A stretch of DNA of 64,000 nucleotides from a virus: the IMG/VR virus record IMGVR_UViG_3300046535_000869, positions 38,083 to 102,082 of that record; one strand, 5' to 3'. Within the stretch, counting starts at the first letter, position 1; every line of letters starts with the position of its first letter. The position numbers were made by a program, and so were the translations under genes. Under the pieces are notes generated by a model. It was not told where the DNA came from, made no database searches, and saw only the letters and a list, made by a program, of their open reading frames with translations. This document shows, piece by piece, positions 1 through 10,045 of the stretch.

Positions 1-1200
1 TGGCGAGACCGATGGCGACGCCGACGCCGACGGCGAGACAGACGCGCTGGGGCTAACACTGGGTGACTGTGACGCGGACGGCGAGACGCTCGCGCTCGGA
101 GACTTCGAGGCGCTGGGCGACACGCTCGGCGATTGCGAGGCAGACGGAGAGACCGACGGCGACTGACTCGCCGAGGGACTAACCGACGCCGACGGCGACA
201 CAGAAGCAGACGGACTGACCGACGCCGACGGCGAGACCGACGGACTCGATGAGGCTGACGGGCTAACGCTCGGCGACTGCGAGGCTGAGGGGCTGACCGA
301 CGCGCTGGGCGAGACGCTGGCGCTGGGGCTGACAGACGGCGACGCCGACGCCGAGGGACTGACGCTCGCCGACGGCGAGATGCTGGGCGACTGTGAGGCC
401 GATGGCGACACGCTGGCGGACGGCGACTTCGACGCCGACGGCGAGACAGACGGACTCTGTGACGCTGATGGACTAACGCTGGCCGACGGGCTGACGCTCG
501 GCGACTGACTCGCGCTGGGGCTGACACTCGCGCTGGGCGACACGCTCGGAGAGGCCGACGCCGACGGCGAGACCGACGCAGACGGGCTAACCGATGGAGA
601 GGCGCTCGCGCTTGGCGAGACGCTCGCCGACGGACTGATGCTCGGAGAAGCGCTGGCGCTTGGCGACTTCGACGCTGAAGGCGAGACCGACGGCGACGCG
701 CTCGCTGAGGGAGAGACCGACGCGGACGGGCTGACAGAGGCACTCGCTGACGCCGACGGAGAGACGCTCGGCGACTCGGCCTTGTTGAACGCCGTGACCT
801 CGGTCGTGTTCAGGATCGCGACAGCCGCCTGCACGTCCACCGTCTCGATGGCGTGGCTGAGCGACGCCGACGGACTCACGCTCGCCGACGGTGACTTCGA
901 GGCGCTCGGACTGACGCTCGCGCTGGGCGACTTCGACGGCGACGATGACGCCGACGGCGAGACGCTTGGACTCTGCGAGGCGGACGGTGAGACGGACGCG
1001 CTCGGCGAAACGCTGGCGCTTGGAGACTTCGAGGCCGACGGGCTGACGCTCGCACTCGGAGAGACACTCGGACTTTGTGAGGCCGATGGGCTGACAGATG
1101 GCGACTGGCTGGCGCTGGGGCTGACCGACGCGCTTGGACTGACGCTCGCCGAAGGGCTGACCGACGCTGAAGGCGAGACCGACGCCGACGGCGATAGCGA
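1..1200 (-). repeat. Degenerate coding tandem repeat (SPSASx / SPSV units), interrupted near 780-860
   Basis: Recurrent GACGCCGACGGCGAGAC-like units on the + strand translate on the - strand as [16 protein letters not shown]... Confidence 0.9.
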
Positions 1201-1914
1201 CGATGACCCGGTACTGCTCTCGACCAGCGCGACGAAGATGTGGTTCGAGTCGCCAGTGATCGCCGTGACCGACGGGTTGCTCGTTTCCCCGGTCGACGTG
1301 TTGATCCTGAACTCCGACCAGCAGCTCACCGCGTTCGCGTTGTTCCTCGACCGCGTCGTCGCGCCAGTCGTGAAGTTGGTCGAGACCGTCAGCGCGGTGC
1401 CGCTGCCGTTGGCTTCCTTGCCCAGCGCCGAGAAGTACAGGCGTGAGAGACTCGCCAAGCTGCTGAAGGCCGTCGAGCCGAAGCCCGCGTTCGCCGCGAT
1501 GTTGTTGAACTGACTGGTCGCGCCATGCACCAGCGAGCTGCCCGCCGCGACCGTGAACTTCCAGCCGACCATGACCTTGTCGGAGCTGGACGGAGCAACC
1601 GTCGCCGTGAAGACCGTGCCGATGGCGTTCGTGCCAGACGAGACGAACCGCCAGAGCGACGTGCAGACGCCGTCCGAGGCCGCGCCGGTCGGGCTGTAGG
1701 TGTACTCCTCCAGCTTCGTCCATGTCCCGGTGCCGCCAGTGATGGACGTGTGGTCGTTCGTCGTGCCGGTCGTGGTCGAGTTGTTGTCGGTGGTGATGAC
1801 GACGAGCGCGATGTCGCCTGACGCCGACAGGGCGTTCGTCGTCGTGGTCAGCGTGATCGCCGTCGCGCCGCTGACGCCGTTGACGCCGAGTGTGCCGACG
1901 GAGGTGATCGCCAT
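1..1914 (-). CDS. Ser/Pro-rich repeat (mucin-like) putative virion protein, runs off window start
   Basis: ATG at 1914, just after the TAG of the upstream gene. Open frame to position 1: [26 protein letters not shown]..., a ~235 aa beta-rich domain, then long [18 protein letters not shown] repeats. Absent from the ORF track because no stop lies in the window. Confidence 0.85.
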   Translation of the reverse strand, partial: MAITSVGTLGVNGVSGATAITLTTTTNALSASGDIALVVITTDNNSTTTGTTNDHTSITGGTGTWTKLEEYTYSPTGAASDGVCTSLWRFVSSGTNAIGTVFTATVAPSSSDKVMVGWKFTVAAGSSLVHGATSQFNNIAANAGFGSTAFSSLASLSRLYFSALGKEANGSGTALTVSTNFTTGATTRSRNNANAVSCWSEFRINTSTGETSNPSVTAITGDSNHIFVALVESSTGSSSLSPSASVSPSASVSPSASVSPSASVSPSASQSPSVSPSASQSPSVSPSASVSPSASKSPSASVSPSASVSPSASQSPSVSPSASSSPSKSPSASVSPSASKSPSASVSPSASLSHAIETVDVQAAVAILNTTEVTAFNKAESPSVSPSASASASVSPSASVSPSASASPSVSPSASKSPSASASPSISPSASVSPSASASPSVSPSASVSPSASASPSVSPSASVSPSASQSPSVSPSASVSPSASQSPSVSPSASKSPSASVSPSASQSPSISPSASVSPSASASPSVSPSASVSPSASVSPSASQSPSVSPSASSSPSVSPSASVSPSASVSPSASVSPSASQSPSVSPSASQSPSVSPSASKSPSASVSPSASQSPSVSPSASVSPSASASPSVSP

Positions 1915-1917
1915 CGG

Positions 1918-3705
1918 CTAGAACTGCTTGATGGCGATGCCTGACGGGAAGTCGACCTCAACGTCCGCGCCGGTCGTGACCAGCGTGAACGGGAAGAACG
2001 CGACCGGGACCGACTGCGTGTCGTCAGCGCTCACGTCCCGGTAGAGCACCATGCCGCCCAGCGTCTGCGCCGTCGTGACCGCCGGGAAGACCGGCGACGT
2101 GGCCGACAGCGTCGCGAGATCGTTCGTGTCGTCCTCCGCGACGGAACGCCCGGCCATCGTCTGCCGCGTCACGCCTGCCGCCTCCTTGCTCGTCACGTCG
2201 CCCGCGCTGCCGTCGTCGAGCGTCTGAAGATCCGGGTCGAAGACGTACGTCGACAGGACCAGCGTCATCTTGAGTGTCGACGTGTCGAGGTCGAGCGTGC
2301 CGATGAGTAGCTCCTTCTTCGCCCGGTTGTAGAGGTACTGCGCGCTCGCGCCTGCCGGTTGGATCGGCCCAATCCATGCGTAGTTCGTGGCCGCGCCAAG
2401 CGTCGGCGGATTTGCCGCGCCCTTGAGGAGCGTGTTCGTCGGCGTGTAGTCTCCTGTCTCTCCAGTCGCACTCACGTACTGCGGGTCAACGGCGAGATCG
2501 TGTGCTCCGGCGCTGATCGCGCTATATCCGCCAGCCGTGTTGTTGTAGACGTTGTTGAAGTCCATCAAGTGTCCGCCATAGCGGTCATTCGTCGCTGTCG
2601 TTCCACCTGAAAGCAGGAGTCCGTACCCACCATTGTTCGTCAAATTGTTGTTGTTGACGATTGTTCCAGCAGCGGTTTGGACAGACAAAGCTGTATCAGC
2701 ACAACTGTCGATGACGTTCCCTGTGATTATCGAGTTAAGCGCAATATCAGAACCTGACCCGGAGTGATCGTGGATAGCTGGCGAGGCTGCGCGACAACGG
2801 GTGATGACGTTACTGATGAACGCGCACCCTTTTGATGTGTCAAAGACAGGCCCACGATAGTTGTCGATGATGTTGCCGACTAACCGAGTAAAATAGAGAC
2901 CTCCATACAGCGCGTAGTAGGTTCCGGCTGAAGTGCTTCCAGAATTACGGATGATGTTGTCTGTGAAGGAGACGATTCCAGCTACAAACGTCCCATCGAA
3001 CCCGTTCTGGTCATAGATGCAGCTATCAACGGAAGCGCCGCCGTTCCCTTGGATGAAGCCGTTGTCGGTAAGAAAATTCGTCCCGGTCGGGACCATCTTG
3101 AGTTCGCGGAAGATCCAGCCATTGGCCTGATAGAACATCAACCCATTACAGGTCAGGTAAGGACGCCCGTTGTAGCCGAGTACGGTAATCGGTGCCTCTA
3201 ATGTTGACCCCAGTAGTTGGTTGTACCCCGTCTGTGCGACATCAGGCGTACTACCGAGGGCAGGATCGGTACTGCCTCCTGCCGCTCGGACGTTGACGAT
3301 GTTACCAGCGATGAGAGGAGAGGCGAGCAGGGGAGCCGTGATCGTTCCGCCGATGGACACATTTCTGAAGTCGGCCCACGCGCCGCCGATGCGCGCCGAC
3401 TGGCCGGTTCCGGTCCCGGTGTTTCGGTCGACGCCGATGGTGTTCGTGTTCGTGCGGCTGGTGATGACGTAGTAGCCGTCGCCAGCGATCCGAATCACGT
3501 TCCCGATCATCTGCGACGTGAAGCCGCCAGTGACGGACGTGACCGCGCCGGTCCCGACCGTGACGACGTCCGTCAGGCTGAGTTGTGGACTCGCCTGATC
3601 GGAGTAGTTCGTCCCGGCCCCGCTGATCGTGGAGTCGAAGCCTCCACCGTTCAGCTCGTCACCGTCGACGCGAATCCACCACTGTTGTGAGGCGAGGATC
3701 GACAT
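1918..3705 (-). CDS. Putative virion protein with parallel beta-helix (pectin-lyase-like) region and C-terminal phage structural domain
   Basis: Asn/Gly-rich PbH1-like repeats (ITGNVID, VNNNNLTNNGGYG). C-terminal YNRAKKELLIGTLDLDTSTLKMTLV resembles phage minor tail proteins. Confidence 0.6.
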   Translation of the reverse strand: MSILASQQWWIRVDGDELNGGGFDSTISGAGTNYSDQASPQLSLTDVVTVGTGAVTSVTGGFTSQMIGNVIRIAGDGYYVITSRTNTNTIGVDRNTGTGTGQSARIGGAWADFRNVSIGGTITAPLLASPLIAGNIVNVRAAGGSTDPALGSTPDVAQTGYNQLLGSTLEAPITVLGYNGRPYLTCNGLMFYQANGWIFRELKMVPTGTNFLTDNGFIQGNGGASVDSCIYDQNGFDGTFVAGIVSFTDNIIRNSGSTSAGTYYALYGGLYFTRLVGNIIDNYRGPVFDTSKGCAFISNVITRCRAASPAIHDHSGSGSDIALNSIITGNVIDSCADTALSVQTAAGTIVNNNNLTNNGGYGLLLSGGTTATNDRYGGHLMDFNNVYNNTAGGYSAISAGAHDLAVDPQYVSATGETGDYTPTNTLLKGAANPPTLGAATNYAWIGPIQPAGASAQYLYNRAKKELLIGTLDLDTSTLKMTLVLSTYVFDPDLQTLDDGSAGDVTSKEAAGVTRQTMAGRSVAEDDTNDLATLSATSPVFPAVTTAQTLGGMVLYRDVSADDTQSVPVAFFPFTLVTTGADVEVDFPSGIAIKQF

Positions 3706-3714
3706 GCCCTTCCC

Positions 3715-5820
3715 TTACTGCTTGACGAACGCCTGACAGTTGACGCCGGTCGTGTCTGGGCAGAGTCGGAACAGGTTCTGCGGAACGCCGTCAATCGCCT
3801 CCTGCTGAAACAGGCCCGGCAGCGTCGTGAAGGTGATGACCGGCGGAGGCGGAGGCGGAGGCGCGGTCCCGCCGTTCAGTGGAGACGTCCCGGTCCCATC
3901 CCAGAGCACGTCATCGTAGAGCTTCATCACGAACCGGCGAGGATGCGACCCGTACGGCAGAAACGTCACGCGAGCGAAAGCGGTGTTCGGAGGGAGCGTG
4001 ATGGTCGGCGTCTCGACGTAGATATCGAAGAACACGCCGACGGCCCCTTGGACGATAGAATCGGAGACGAGATAGTCGCTATTCGGCACGCCCCAGAGCG
4101 CCGTCGTGCAGCCGGACAGGTACGCGCCTGTGATCTTAATCGGATGCACGTAGCCAGTCGTGATGTCGACACAGCGGCTTCCGTAGTACCGGTCGATGTA
4201 GCCCAGCGGCGCGCCATTACCGAGGCTGCTCTGCTGGATCACTACAGGGTTACGGAACCAGCCTTCGTTGACGTCTTCCGCCTGACGTGCGCCGATGCCG
4301 ATGAAGTCGTTGATGCTCCGCACGTTGTCGAGGACCGGGAGGTGGGCCTCGTCGAAGAAGCGGCCCGGATCTTCAATGCCCCACGTCTCGAAGCCGACGA
4401 ATCCGTTGCCGACGCTGAGCGCATGGTCGACCAGTATCGGCGGGTTGTTGTTGGTGTAGGGAGGCGCGAACAGCACGTCCGGCATCGCCCCAGCGACCGA
4501 CGGATACAGCCCGGACTTTCCATGAAAGCCGAACAGGTTCCAGCCGACCGTGTTGTTCCAGCATTCGTTCCCGTCGAAGGTGTTCTGGATGCCGTGAAAC
4601 CAGCCGCACGCGCCCTCGACGCCGGGTTTATTGTTCAGGAAGTTGACGCCCGCCTGAATCTCCGACACGTCGGAGAAGTTCGTGAGGTTGGCGAAGCCGA
4701 TGTTTCTCAGGAAGCTGTTCCTGACTTCGTAGCCGTCCTCTGTGATGAAGCCCGCGCCTTGGAAGCCGGTCGCGATGTTCTCGACGACGAGCGTGTCCGA
4801 GGTGCCGTGCGTGACGTGGCCCCACTTCCCGCGCCCCTGCCCGATGAGGACCATGTCGACCGTCCGACGCTCGACCGCGCAGCCACCGCCGTGAACATGG
4901 TGCGCGTGAAAGGCGTACTTCCCGATCTGGTTCGTCCCGATGTGCGATTGGTCCGCCGATGTCGAGTTGAGGTCGTCGACCGTTGTTCGACCGAGGCCGA
5001 CGAGCGCGCCGCCTTGGATGTCCCAGCAGGCCGTATCGCCGATATTGGCGACGTGACCGGCGGTCCCGTTCGCGTTCTCTGACCGGATGACGACGTTGCG
5101 CGTGACGTTGAGGATCTTCGGCCGGATGGCGAGCCGCCCATCGTGCGCGAAGACCGCCGCGTGCGCGAACGACAAACCGCGCGACAGGCCGATGCTCGTC
5201 CCGTTGACCGACGTGATGAACGTGGCAGGCTCGACGATGGGCGAGTCCGGGAAGACCGCCGGGTTCGTGCTGAGCAGCTTGACCTCGTCGCCGACGCGCC
5301 ATCCGCTCGGCACGCCGCAGAGGGTGATGAACGAGCTGCCGGGCTGCGCGTCGAAGCACAAGTCCGCGCCCGGCGTCCGGTACGGTTCGTTGATCTTGAT
5401 GGTGCCGAAGCTGGCGATGCCGTTGCCCCACTGGAACGGATCTTGCCCAAGGTCAATCGGCACGTTGCGAATCTGGAGGTCGACGCGCACGCCAGCCGGA
5501 ATCGGGTCGGCTGGTGTGCCGAGGTCGAGCGTCCCGCCCGGCAGGATGAGCAGCGTCGTGACCTTCGCTGAGGTATTCGCCGACCGGCTGACCTTCAGCG
5601 TCCCGCCGACCTCGATGTAGTCGAAGACACTGCCGTCCGGGAGCGTGACCGTCTGTCCGGCCGCGACGATGAGCTGCGCCGGGAGGTCGGTGCGCCGCTT
5701 GACGAACTCCGACGCGCCGATGGTGACGCGGTCCGGCTGGACTGTCGCCATGATCATCTGGGCTGAGGCCGTCGAGGCGATGAACAGCGACGCAAGCAGG
5801 AAGCGGAATGTCTTACGCAT
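3715..5820 (-). CDS. Secreted G8-domain / beta-helix protein (fibrocystin/CEMIP-like architecture)
   Basis: SD AAGGAG, signal peptide MRKTFRFLLASLFIASTASA, G8-like segment (IVAAGQTVTL...ILPGGTLDLGTPADPI), GKYAFHAHH motif, beta-helix repeats, poly-Pro linker. Confidence 0.7.
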   Translation of the reverse strand: MRKTFRFLLASLFIASTASAQMIMATVQPDRVTIGASEFVKRRTDLPAQLIVAAGQTVTLPDGSVFDYIEVGGTLKVSRSANTSAKVTTLLILPGGTLDLGTPADPIPAGVRVDLQIRNVPIDLGQDPFQWGNGIASFGTIKINEPYRTPGADLCFDAQPGSSFITLCGVPSGWRVGDEVKLLSTNPAVFPDSPIVEPATFITSVNGTSIGLSRGLSFAHAAVFAHDGRLAIRPKILNVTRNVVIRSENANGTAGHVANIGDTACWDIQGGALVGLGRTTVDDLNSTSADQSHIGTNQIGKYAFHAHHVHGGGCAVERRTVDMVLIGQGRGKWGHVTHGTSDTLVVENIATGFQGAGFITEDGYEVRNSFLRNIGFANLTNFSDVSEIQAGVNFLNNKPGVEGACGWFHGIQNTFDGNECWNNTVGWNLFGFHGKSGLYPSVAGAMPDVLFAPPYTNNNPPILVDHALSVGNGFVGFETWGIEDPGRFFDEAHLPVLDNVRSINDFIGIGARQAEDVNEGWFRNPVVIQQSSLGNGAPLGYIDRYYGSRCVDITTGYVHPIKITGAYLSGCTTALWGVPNSDYLVSDSIVQGAVGVFFDIYVETPTITLPPNTAFARVTFLPYGSHPRRFVMKLYDDVLWDGTGTSPLNGGTAPPPPPPPVITFTTLPGLFQQEAIDGVPQNLFRLCPDTTGVNCQAFVKQ

Positions 5821-6529
5821 AAGTGTTCTCCTTGAGGAACTCGTCAAACCGTCCGGCGGTCTGGCCCCAGCCCGGCACGCTGTCGGACTCGGTCCAGCCG
5901 TCGGTGTACTTCTGGTTGCGAAACTCGTCCTTCGACCAGCGCGAAGGCGTCAGGTTCTTGTCGTGTCGGATGTCGATGTTCGGGAGCGCCGACATGCACG
6001 CGATGACGTCCAGGTCGTCGATGCCGCCGTGTCGGATCTTCCGCGTGCCAGGCTCGTAGCCCATACGCTGGGTGAAGCCCTCGCGCTCGACGCGCAGGCA
6101 GCGCTGGCGGTAGTGCTCAGCCAGGAGCAGCCGGTTCGCAAAGAGGCCGCTGGTCTGGTTGCAGAAGTAGAACAGGGCCTTCCCGGAGGCCGCGTCGACC
6201 TTCCAGACGTTCTGGTTGTAGTAGTAGGCGTCGTGACGCCGGACGGACAGGTCGAAGTGGCTGTCGTGATACAGCACGTCGTGCTCGACGAGGAACGCCA
6301 CGTCGGTGGATATCATCAGCAGCCCGGCCATGATCTGCTGGAACATCGTGAGCTGGCCAGGCCGCGCGTTCAGGACGACGTTCTTCCAGCCGGTCGGCAG
6401 ATCGGTCCGCTCCAGCGTGACCGCGACGATGGGCCGATGGCCGCGCGCCTCGTCGAGCCGACGACGAACCGCCTCCAGGATGGCCGGGTTGCCGCGACCG
6501 TGCGAGTAGTACACCAGGCCGGACGTCAC
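5813..6529 (-). CDS. Glycosyltransferase, GT-A fold (GT2-like)
   Basis: VAFLVEHDVLY (DxD-equivalent). Lies within the GT cluster. Confidence 0.65.
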   Translation of the reverse strand: MTSGLVYYSHGRGNPAILEAVRRRLDEARGHRPIVAVTLERTDLPTGWKNVVLNARPGQLTMFQQIMAGLLMISTDVAFLVEHDVLYHDSHFDLSVRRHDAYYYNQNVWKVDAASGKALFYFCNQTSGLFANRLLLAEHYRQRCLRVEREGFTQRMGYEPGTRKIRHGGIDDLDVIACMSALPNIDIRHDKNLTPSRWSKDEFRNQKYTDGWTESDSVPGWGQTAGRFDEFLKENTYA

Positions 6530-7515
6530 GCGACACGCTCCTCGGCTGGGTAGATGAACTCACGGCCCGCCGTGAGCACGGTGTCGAGCGCCGCCTGGCC
6601 GACCGGCTCGTGCCAGCCAGGGATGGGTGCGAACTTCGCAATCAGCCAGGCCAGCGGGAGCCGCTGACCGGCCCAGGCGTTCGTCATCCACAGATGGCGC
6701 GAGTAGGCCCGCGCCACGTCCGGCTGGTTGCCTAGCGGGTATGGGAAGCTGAAGCCGTGCTGGGTCCTGAACAGGTGCGAGTACCAGGTCGACCGGTTGA
6801 CGACGTGCCGCCCGCCAGACAGCCAGCTCTTGCAGGCGATCTCGACGCCGTACTGGCCCCAGCTCCCATGCCGGTTGTCCAGACCGCCGAGCGCGTTGAA
6901 CCGCGCGCGCTCCATGAAGAAACACGCCCCTATCGAGGACATCACATCCTGGATCTGGTTGTTATCGCAGCGGGTCTTGTACGCGCCCCAGTACTGGAAG
7001 TGGAGGTCGTGGTCGAACCGCCAGAAGTCCGTCCGCCGGTTGCCCCGCTTCTGCCAGACCATCACCTTGTCGAAGCCGAGCGTCGACAGGCAGCTCGCGC
7101 ACTTGTCCAGCGCCGGACCCTGGTAGGTCCTGGCCTGGCACGACCGGCACTGCCAGTCGAAGACGTGCAGGTTGAACATCCGAGGAATCTGGGTGACATC
7201 CGGGCCGAGCGCCTCCGCCGCCTCGATGAGCTTCACGTCGAAGCCCTCATCGACGCCGCAATGTGCGTCCAGCTTCATCACATACTTGGCCCGCGACAGC
7301 CGAGCGCCCAGGTTGGTCGCCTCCCGCTGGCCGACCGCCGCGCCAGGCTGCACCACGGTCACGCGAGGATGCGTGTCCAGGGCCTCGACCGGCCAGCCGC
7401 CATCGCAGACCGCGATGACCTCCGTGGCCGCGCGCGCGTGCGCGAGGATGTCCTCGACCGTGTTCTTGAGGAACGGCTCGTTCCGCGCCGGGATGATGAC
7501 GCTCAGGTCTAGCAC
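6526..7515 (-). CDS. GT2 glycosyltransferase with CxxC..CxxC insertion
   Basis: GTG start at 7515: LDLSVIIPARNE, KLDAHC, SSIGACFFM, WGQYGVE; WQCRSC...KCASC insert. Confidence 0.85.
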   Translation of the reverse strand: MLDLSVIIPARNEPFLKNTVEDILAHARAATEVIAVCDGGWPVEALDTHPRVTVVQPGAAVGQREATNLGARLSRAKYVMKLDAHCGVDEGFDVKLIEAAEALGPDVTQIPRMFNLHVFDWQCRSCQARTYQGPALDKCASCLSTLGFDKVMVWQKRGNRRTDFWRFDHDLHFQYWGAYKTRCDNNQIQDVMSSIGACFFMERARFNALGGLDNRHGSWGQYGVEIACKSWLSGGRHVVNRSTWYSHLFRTQHGFSFPYPLGNQPDVARAYSRHLWMTNAWAGQRLPLAWLIAKFAPIPGWHEPVGQAALDTVLTAGREFIYPAEERVA

Positions 7516-7781
7516 GGCCCGGCCCCCCGCCAGCTCGCCGAGCACTTCCAGCCGGTGCTGTGCATCCTGAACGCCTCGACGACCAGCGGGCCGATCTTCA
7601 TCCAGACGAACGTGCGGTCCCGGTAGTACTCGAACCAGCCCCAGTCTTCCGGCCGAATGTAGATCGGGCCGACCCGAACGTCGACGCATAGCCCGCAGGA
7701 GTAGCCCTCGCCGTGGCCTTGTGGGCAGGTTGATGCCTTCGATGGCATCGTATCGCCGGTTTTTGATGCGTCTCGTAGCAT
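7509..7781 (-). CDS. Hypothetical protein
   Basis: TGATG overlap with the upstream gene; fills the gap in the operon. Confidence 0.5.
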   Translation of the reverse strand: MLRDASKTGDTMPSKASTCPQGHGEGYSCGLCVDVRVGPIYIRPEDWGWFEYYRDRTFVWMKIGPLVVEAFRMHSTGWKCSASWRGAGPC

Positions 7782-8506
7782 CAGCGTCCCACGTCCAGCG
7801 GTCCCGGAGCGTTGACCCAGAGGAAGGACCGATGCTCGTCCCGCTCGACGCCGACCGCCCCGTCCTTCGCTCCGAGGATGAACCACGGTTTGATGTCGTA
7901 CGCCCGCGTGAAGGCGTCGACGACGAGCTGCACATGCAGCCCCGCGCCAGGCTTGCTGCCGTAGTAGTCGTGGCCCGCGATGATGCCGCCGAACCGGACC
8001 TTCCGCGACCACTCGACGATGTCGTTCGTGACGTTCTGGAAGTTGTGATGCCCGTCGATGTAGACGAAGTCCAGCGACCGGTCCGGCACGCCGCGCACCG
8101 CCTCCATGCTCCGGGAGACCGCCAGCGCCGCGTACTTGTAGGGAGCCAGCCGCTTGGAGGCCAGCCGGTGATAGTTGTCGAAGACCGTCTGGTTCCGCTT
8201 CTGGTCCCGGTAGTCGTCCCGGAGGTTGTACGGATCGACGCCTGTGTAGTGGAGCTGTGGGTTTGCCGCCAGGAGCACCTCGGCGAACTCGCCCTCCATG
8301 ACGCCGATCTCGACGCCCCGGTTGAAGTTGTATCGCCAGAAGAACCTCGCCAGCTCCTTCCGGGTCGATGGGATGACGACCGGGTGCCTGGCGTCCGGCG
8401 GACCGTCGCCGTCTCGGCCCAGCGCCGGGAGGCGGAAGAACTCGGCGAGCTGGTCGAGCGTCTCCGCCTGGGCCGTCGCAGGTCTATTGTCCACTGCTGA
8501 GGTCAT
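7781..8506 (-). CDS. Class I SAM-dependent methyltransferase (Methyltransf_24-like)
   Basis: VEIGVMEG motif I, DFVYIDGHH, GGIIAGHDY. Confidence 0.9.
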   Translation of the reverse strand: MTSAVDNRPATAQAETLDQLAEFFRLPALGRDGDGPPDARHPVVIPSTRKELARFFWRYNFNRGVEIGVMEGEFAEVLLAANPQLHYTGVDPYNLRDDYRDQKRNQTVFDNYHRLASKRLAPYKYAALAVSRSMEAVRGVPDRSLDFVYIDGHHNFQNVTNDIVEWSRKVRFGGIIAGHDYYGSKPGAGLHVQLVVDAFTRAYDIKPWFILGAKDGAVGVERDEHRSFLWVNAPGPLDVGR

Positions 8507-9360
8507 AGCACCCTTTCCCAGAAGCCTCGGCAGATGCGAGGCCAGTTGAACCGCGCCGCCCCTTCGTCAATCTCTGCCTGGCTGACCGGAACCGGCTTCC
8601 GGCTCAGGGTGTCCTGGAGCCAGTCGGTCACCTCTGGCCGGGACAGCTCCGGGACGAAGATGGCCAGCCCGTCGTACCAGGTGCGGTAGTGTGGCCGGTT
8701 GAACACAATCGGCCTGGCCCCGCAGAGCAGGCCCTCCGCCGCCGGTAGCTCGAAGCCCTCGACCCGACGCAGCCCCGACACGTACTCGGCCGAGCTGTAC
8801 AGCCCAGCTACTACCTCGTCGGAGACATCAGTATGGCAGACTACGCCGCTCCGGCGAAGGTTCGGACCGAGATGTGCTACGGTTTTCCCATTTGCCCAGG
8901 CTGCGCGCGCGCACTCCTTGACACTTTCTGTCAGCCAGGACTGGCCGGTCGTGACGATGCCGAAGGTCCGGTCCGTGCCTCGTGGGTAGAAGACCGCCGG
9001 GTCGACGCCCAGGGCCGAGTGATAGAACGGGAACTCGACCTGGAGCGCGTCTTCGAGGAGCAGCTCCTTGAGGTTGTAGTAGGACCAGACCAGCTTCGCC
9101 CCGGCCCAGAGGCGCAGCCAGGCGTCCGTCCTCGGCTTCTGGGTCGACCTCACGGCATACTGGATGACGGCGTACTTGCCGGTCTTCTTGATGAGGCCCG
9201 CCTGCTCGGTGAACTGCTCGACCCGCCCGTTGACGTGGAGGATGGTCAGCCGGGCCTGCTCAGGCCCGACCCAGGTGACGCAGCTCGGCGCGGAGCGCTT
9301 GAGCGCCTCGCTGACCCGTTTCATCGCCCGGTCGTCTGGTGTGACCATGTGGACCCGCAC
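8503..9360 (-). CDS. GT-B fold glycosyltransferase (GT4-like)
   Basis: EGFELPAAE (EX7E), GVDPAVFYP, C-terminal RFNW. Confidence 0.8.
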   Translation of the reverse strand: MRVHMVTPDDRAMKRVSEALKRSAPSCVTWVGPEQARLTILHVNGRVEQFTEQAGLIKKTGKYAVIQYAVRSTQKPRTDAWLRLWAGAKLVWSYYNLKELLLEDALQVEFPFYHSALGVDPAVFYPRGTDRTFGIVTTGQSWLTESVKECARAAWANGKTVAHLGPNLRRSGVVCHTDVSDEVVAGLYSSAEYVSGLRRVEGFELPAAEGLLCGARPIVFNRPHYRTWYDGLAIFVPELSRPEVTDWLQDTLSRKPVPVSQAEIDEGAARFNWPRICRGFWERVL

Positions 9361-9935
9361 TACCCGATCTCCGCGATAATGGCCGGGTTCCAGACCACGT
9401 TGCGCCGAGGCCAGGTCCAGGAATTCATAAAGTCGAAGTCGCCCTCGAACCGATGGCCGAACGTGCTCAGCCGATCCGGGATGTTCGGGACCAGCATCAT
9501 CGGCGTCCCGACGTTGCCGTTCCGTAGGTCCTGGTCGGCCCAGAGGACCCGCCCATCCGCCCGGTAGCGCATGCGGAACAGGACCGGGAACAGCCGCCGC
9601 CGCCCGATGAGGCCCGCGATGGCGTCCGCCTGGTGCGACCGATGGCCCTTGACGTAGGTGTCGTCGTCGTCCATGAACGCCAGCCAGCCGCCCCTCGCCT
9701 GCGGGAGCGCCGCGTTGCGCTCGGTGTGGCCCCAGTCGCCCGCCGGAGGCTTCCCGCGCGCGAGGAGGATCTCATCGCCAGGCCAGAGGTCGATGGACGC
9801 CAGGGTCGCCGCCAGGCTCTCCCGGCCGGTCGTCGCGACGATGAAGCTGATGCTGGTCGACCGGAGCGCCCGGTCGTCGGCCGTGATGCGCTCGACCACC
9901 ACCTCGACGTCCTTGCCCTTCCGTGGCCCCTTCAT
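9360..9935 (-). CDS. Small GT2-like glycosyltransferase
   Basis: ISFIVATTGRESL, RNAALPQARGGWLAFMDDDD. Confidence 0.8.
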   Translation of the reverse strand: MKGPRKGKDVEVVVERITADDRALRSTSISFIVATTGRESLAATLASIDLWPGDEILLARGKPPAGDWGHTERNAALPQARGGWLAFMDDDDTYVKGHRSHQADAIAGLIGRRRLFPVLFRMRYRADGRVLWADQDLRNGNVGTPMMLVPNIPDRLSTFGHRFEGDFDFMNSWTWPRRNVVWNPAIIAEIG

Positions 9936-10045
9936 CGCGGCCCTCGGTAGACGACAAGGAGCAGGATGGCCGTCGTGACCGCCACGGCAATCGCGCCAGC
10001 CGCCAGCACGTACTTGAGGACGACCAGCCCTGTTGCCAGCGTCAC
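9932..10045 (-). CDS. Small single-pass membrane peptide (37 aa)
   Basis: GTGA and ATGA overlaps with both neighbours; MTLATGLVVLKYVLAAGAIAVAVTTAILLLVVYRGPR. Confidence 0.55.
   Translation of the reverse strand: MTLATGLVVLKYVLAAGAIAVAVTTAILLLVVYRGPR

Noticed and set aside
587-1723. ORF-track calls 638..1513(+) and 587..1723(-)
   Set aside because: Shadow frames of the SPSAS-repeat gene (ATG 1914, minus strand), which fits the operon.
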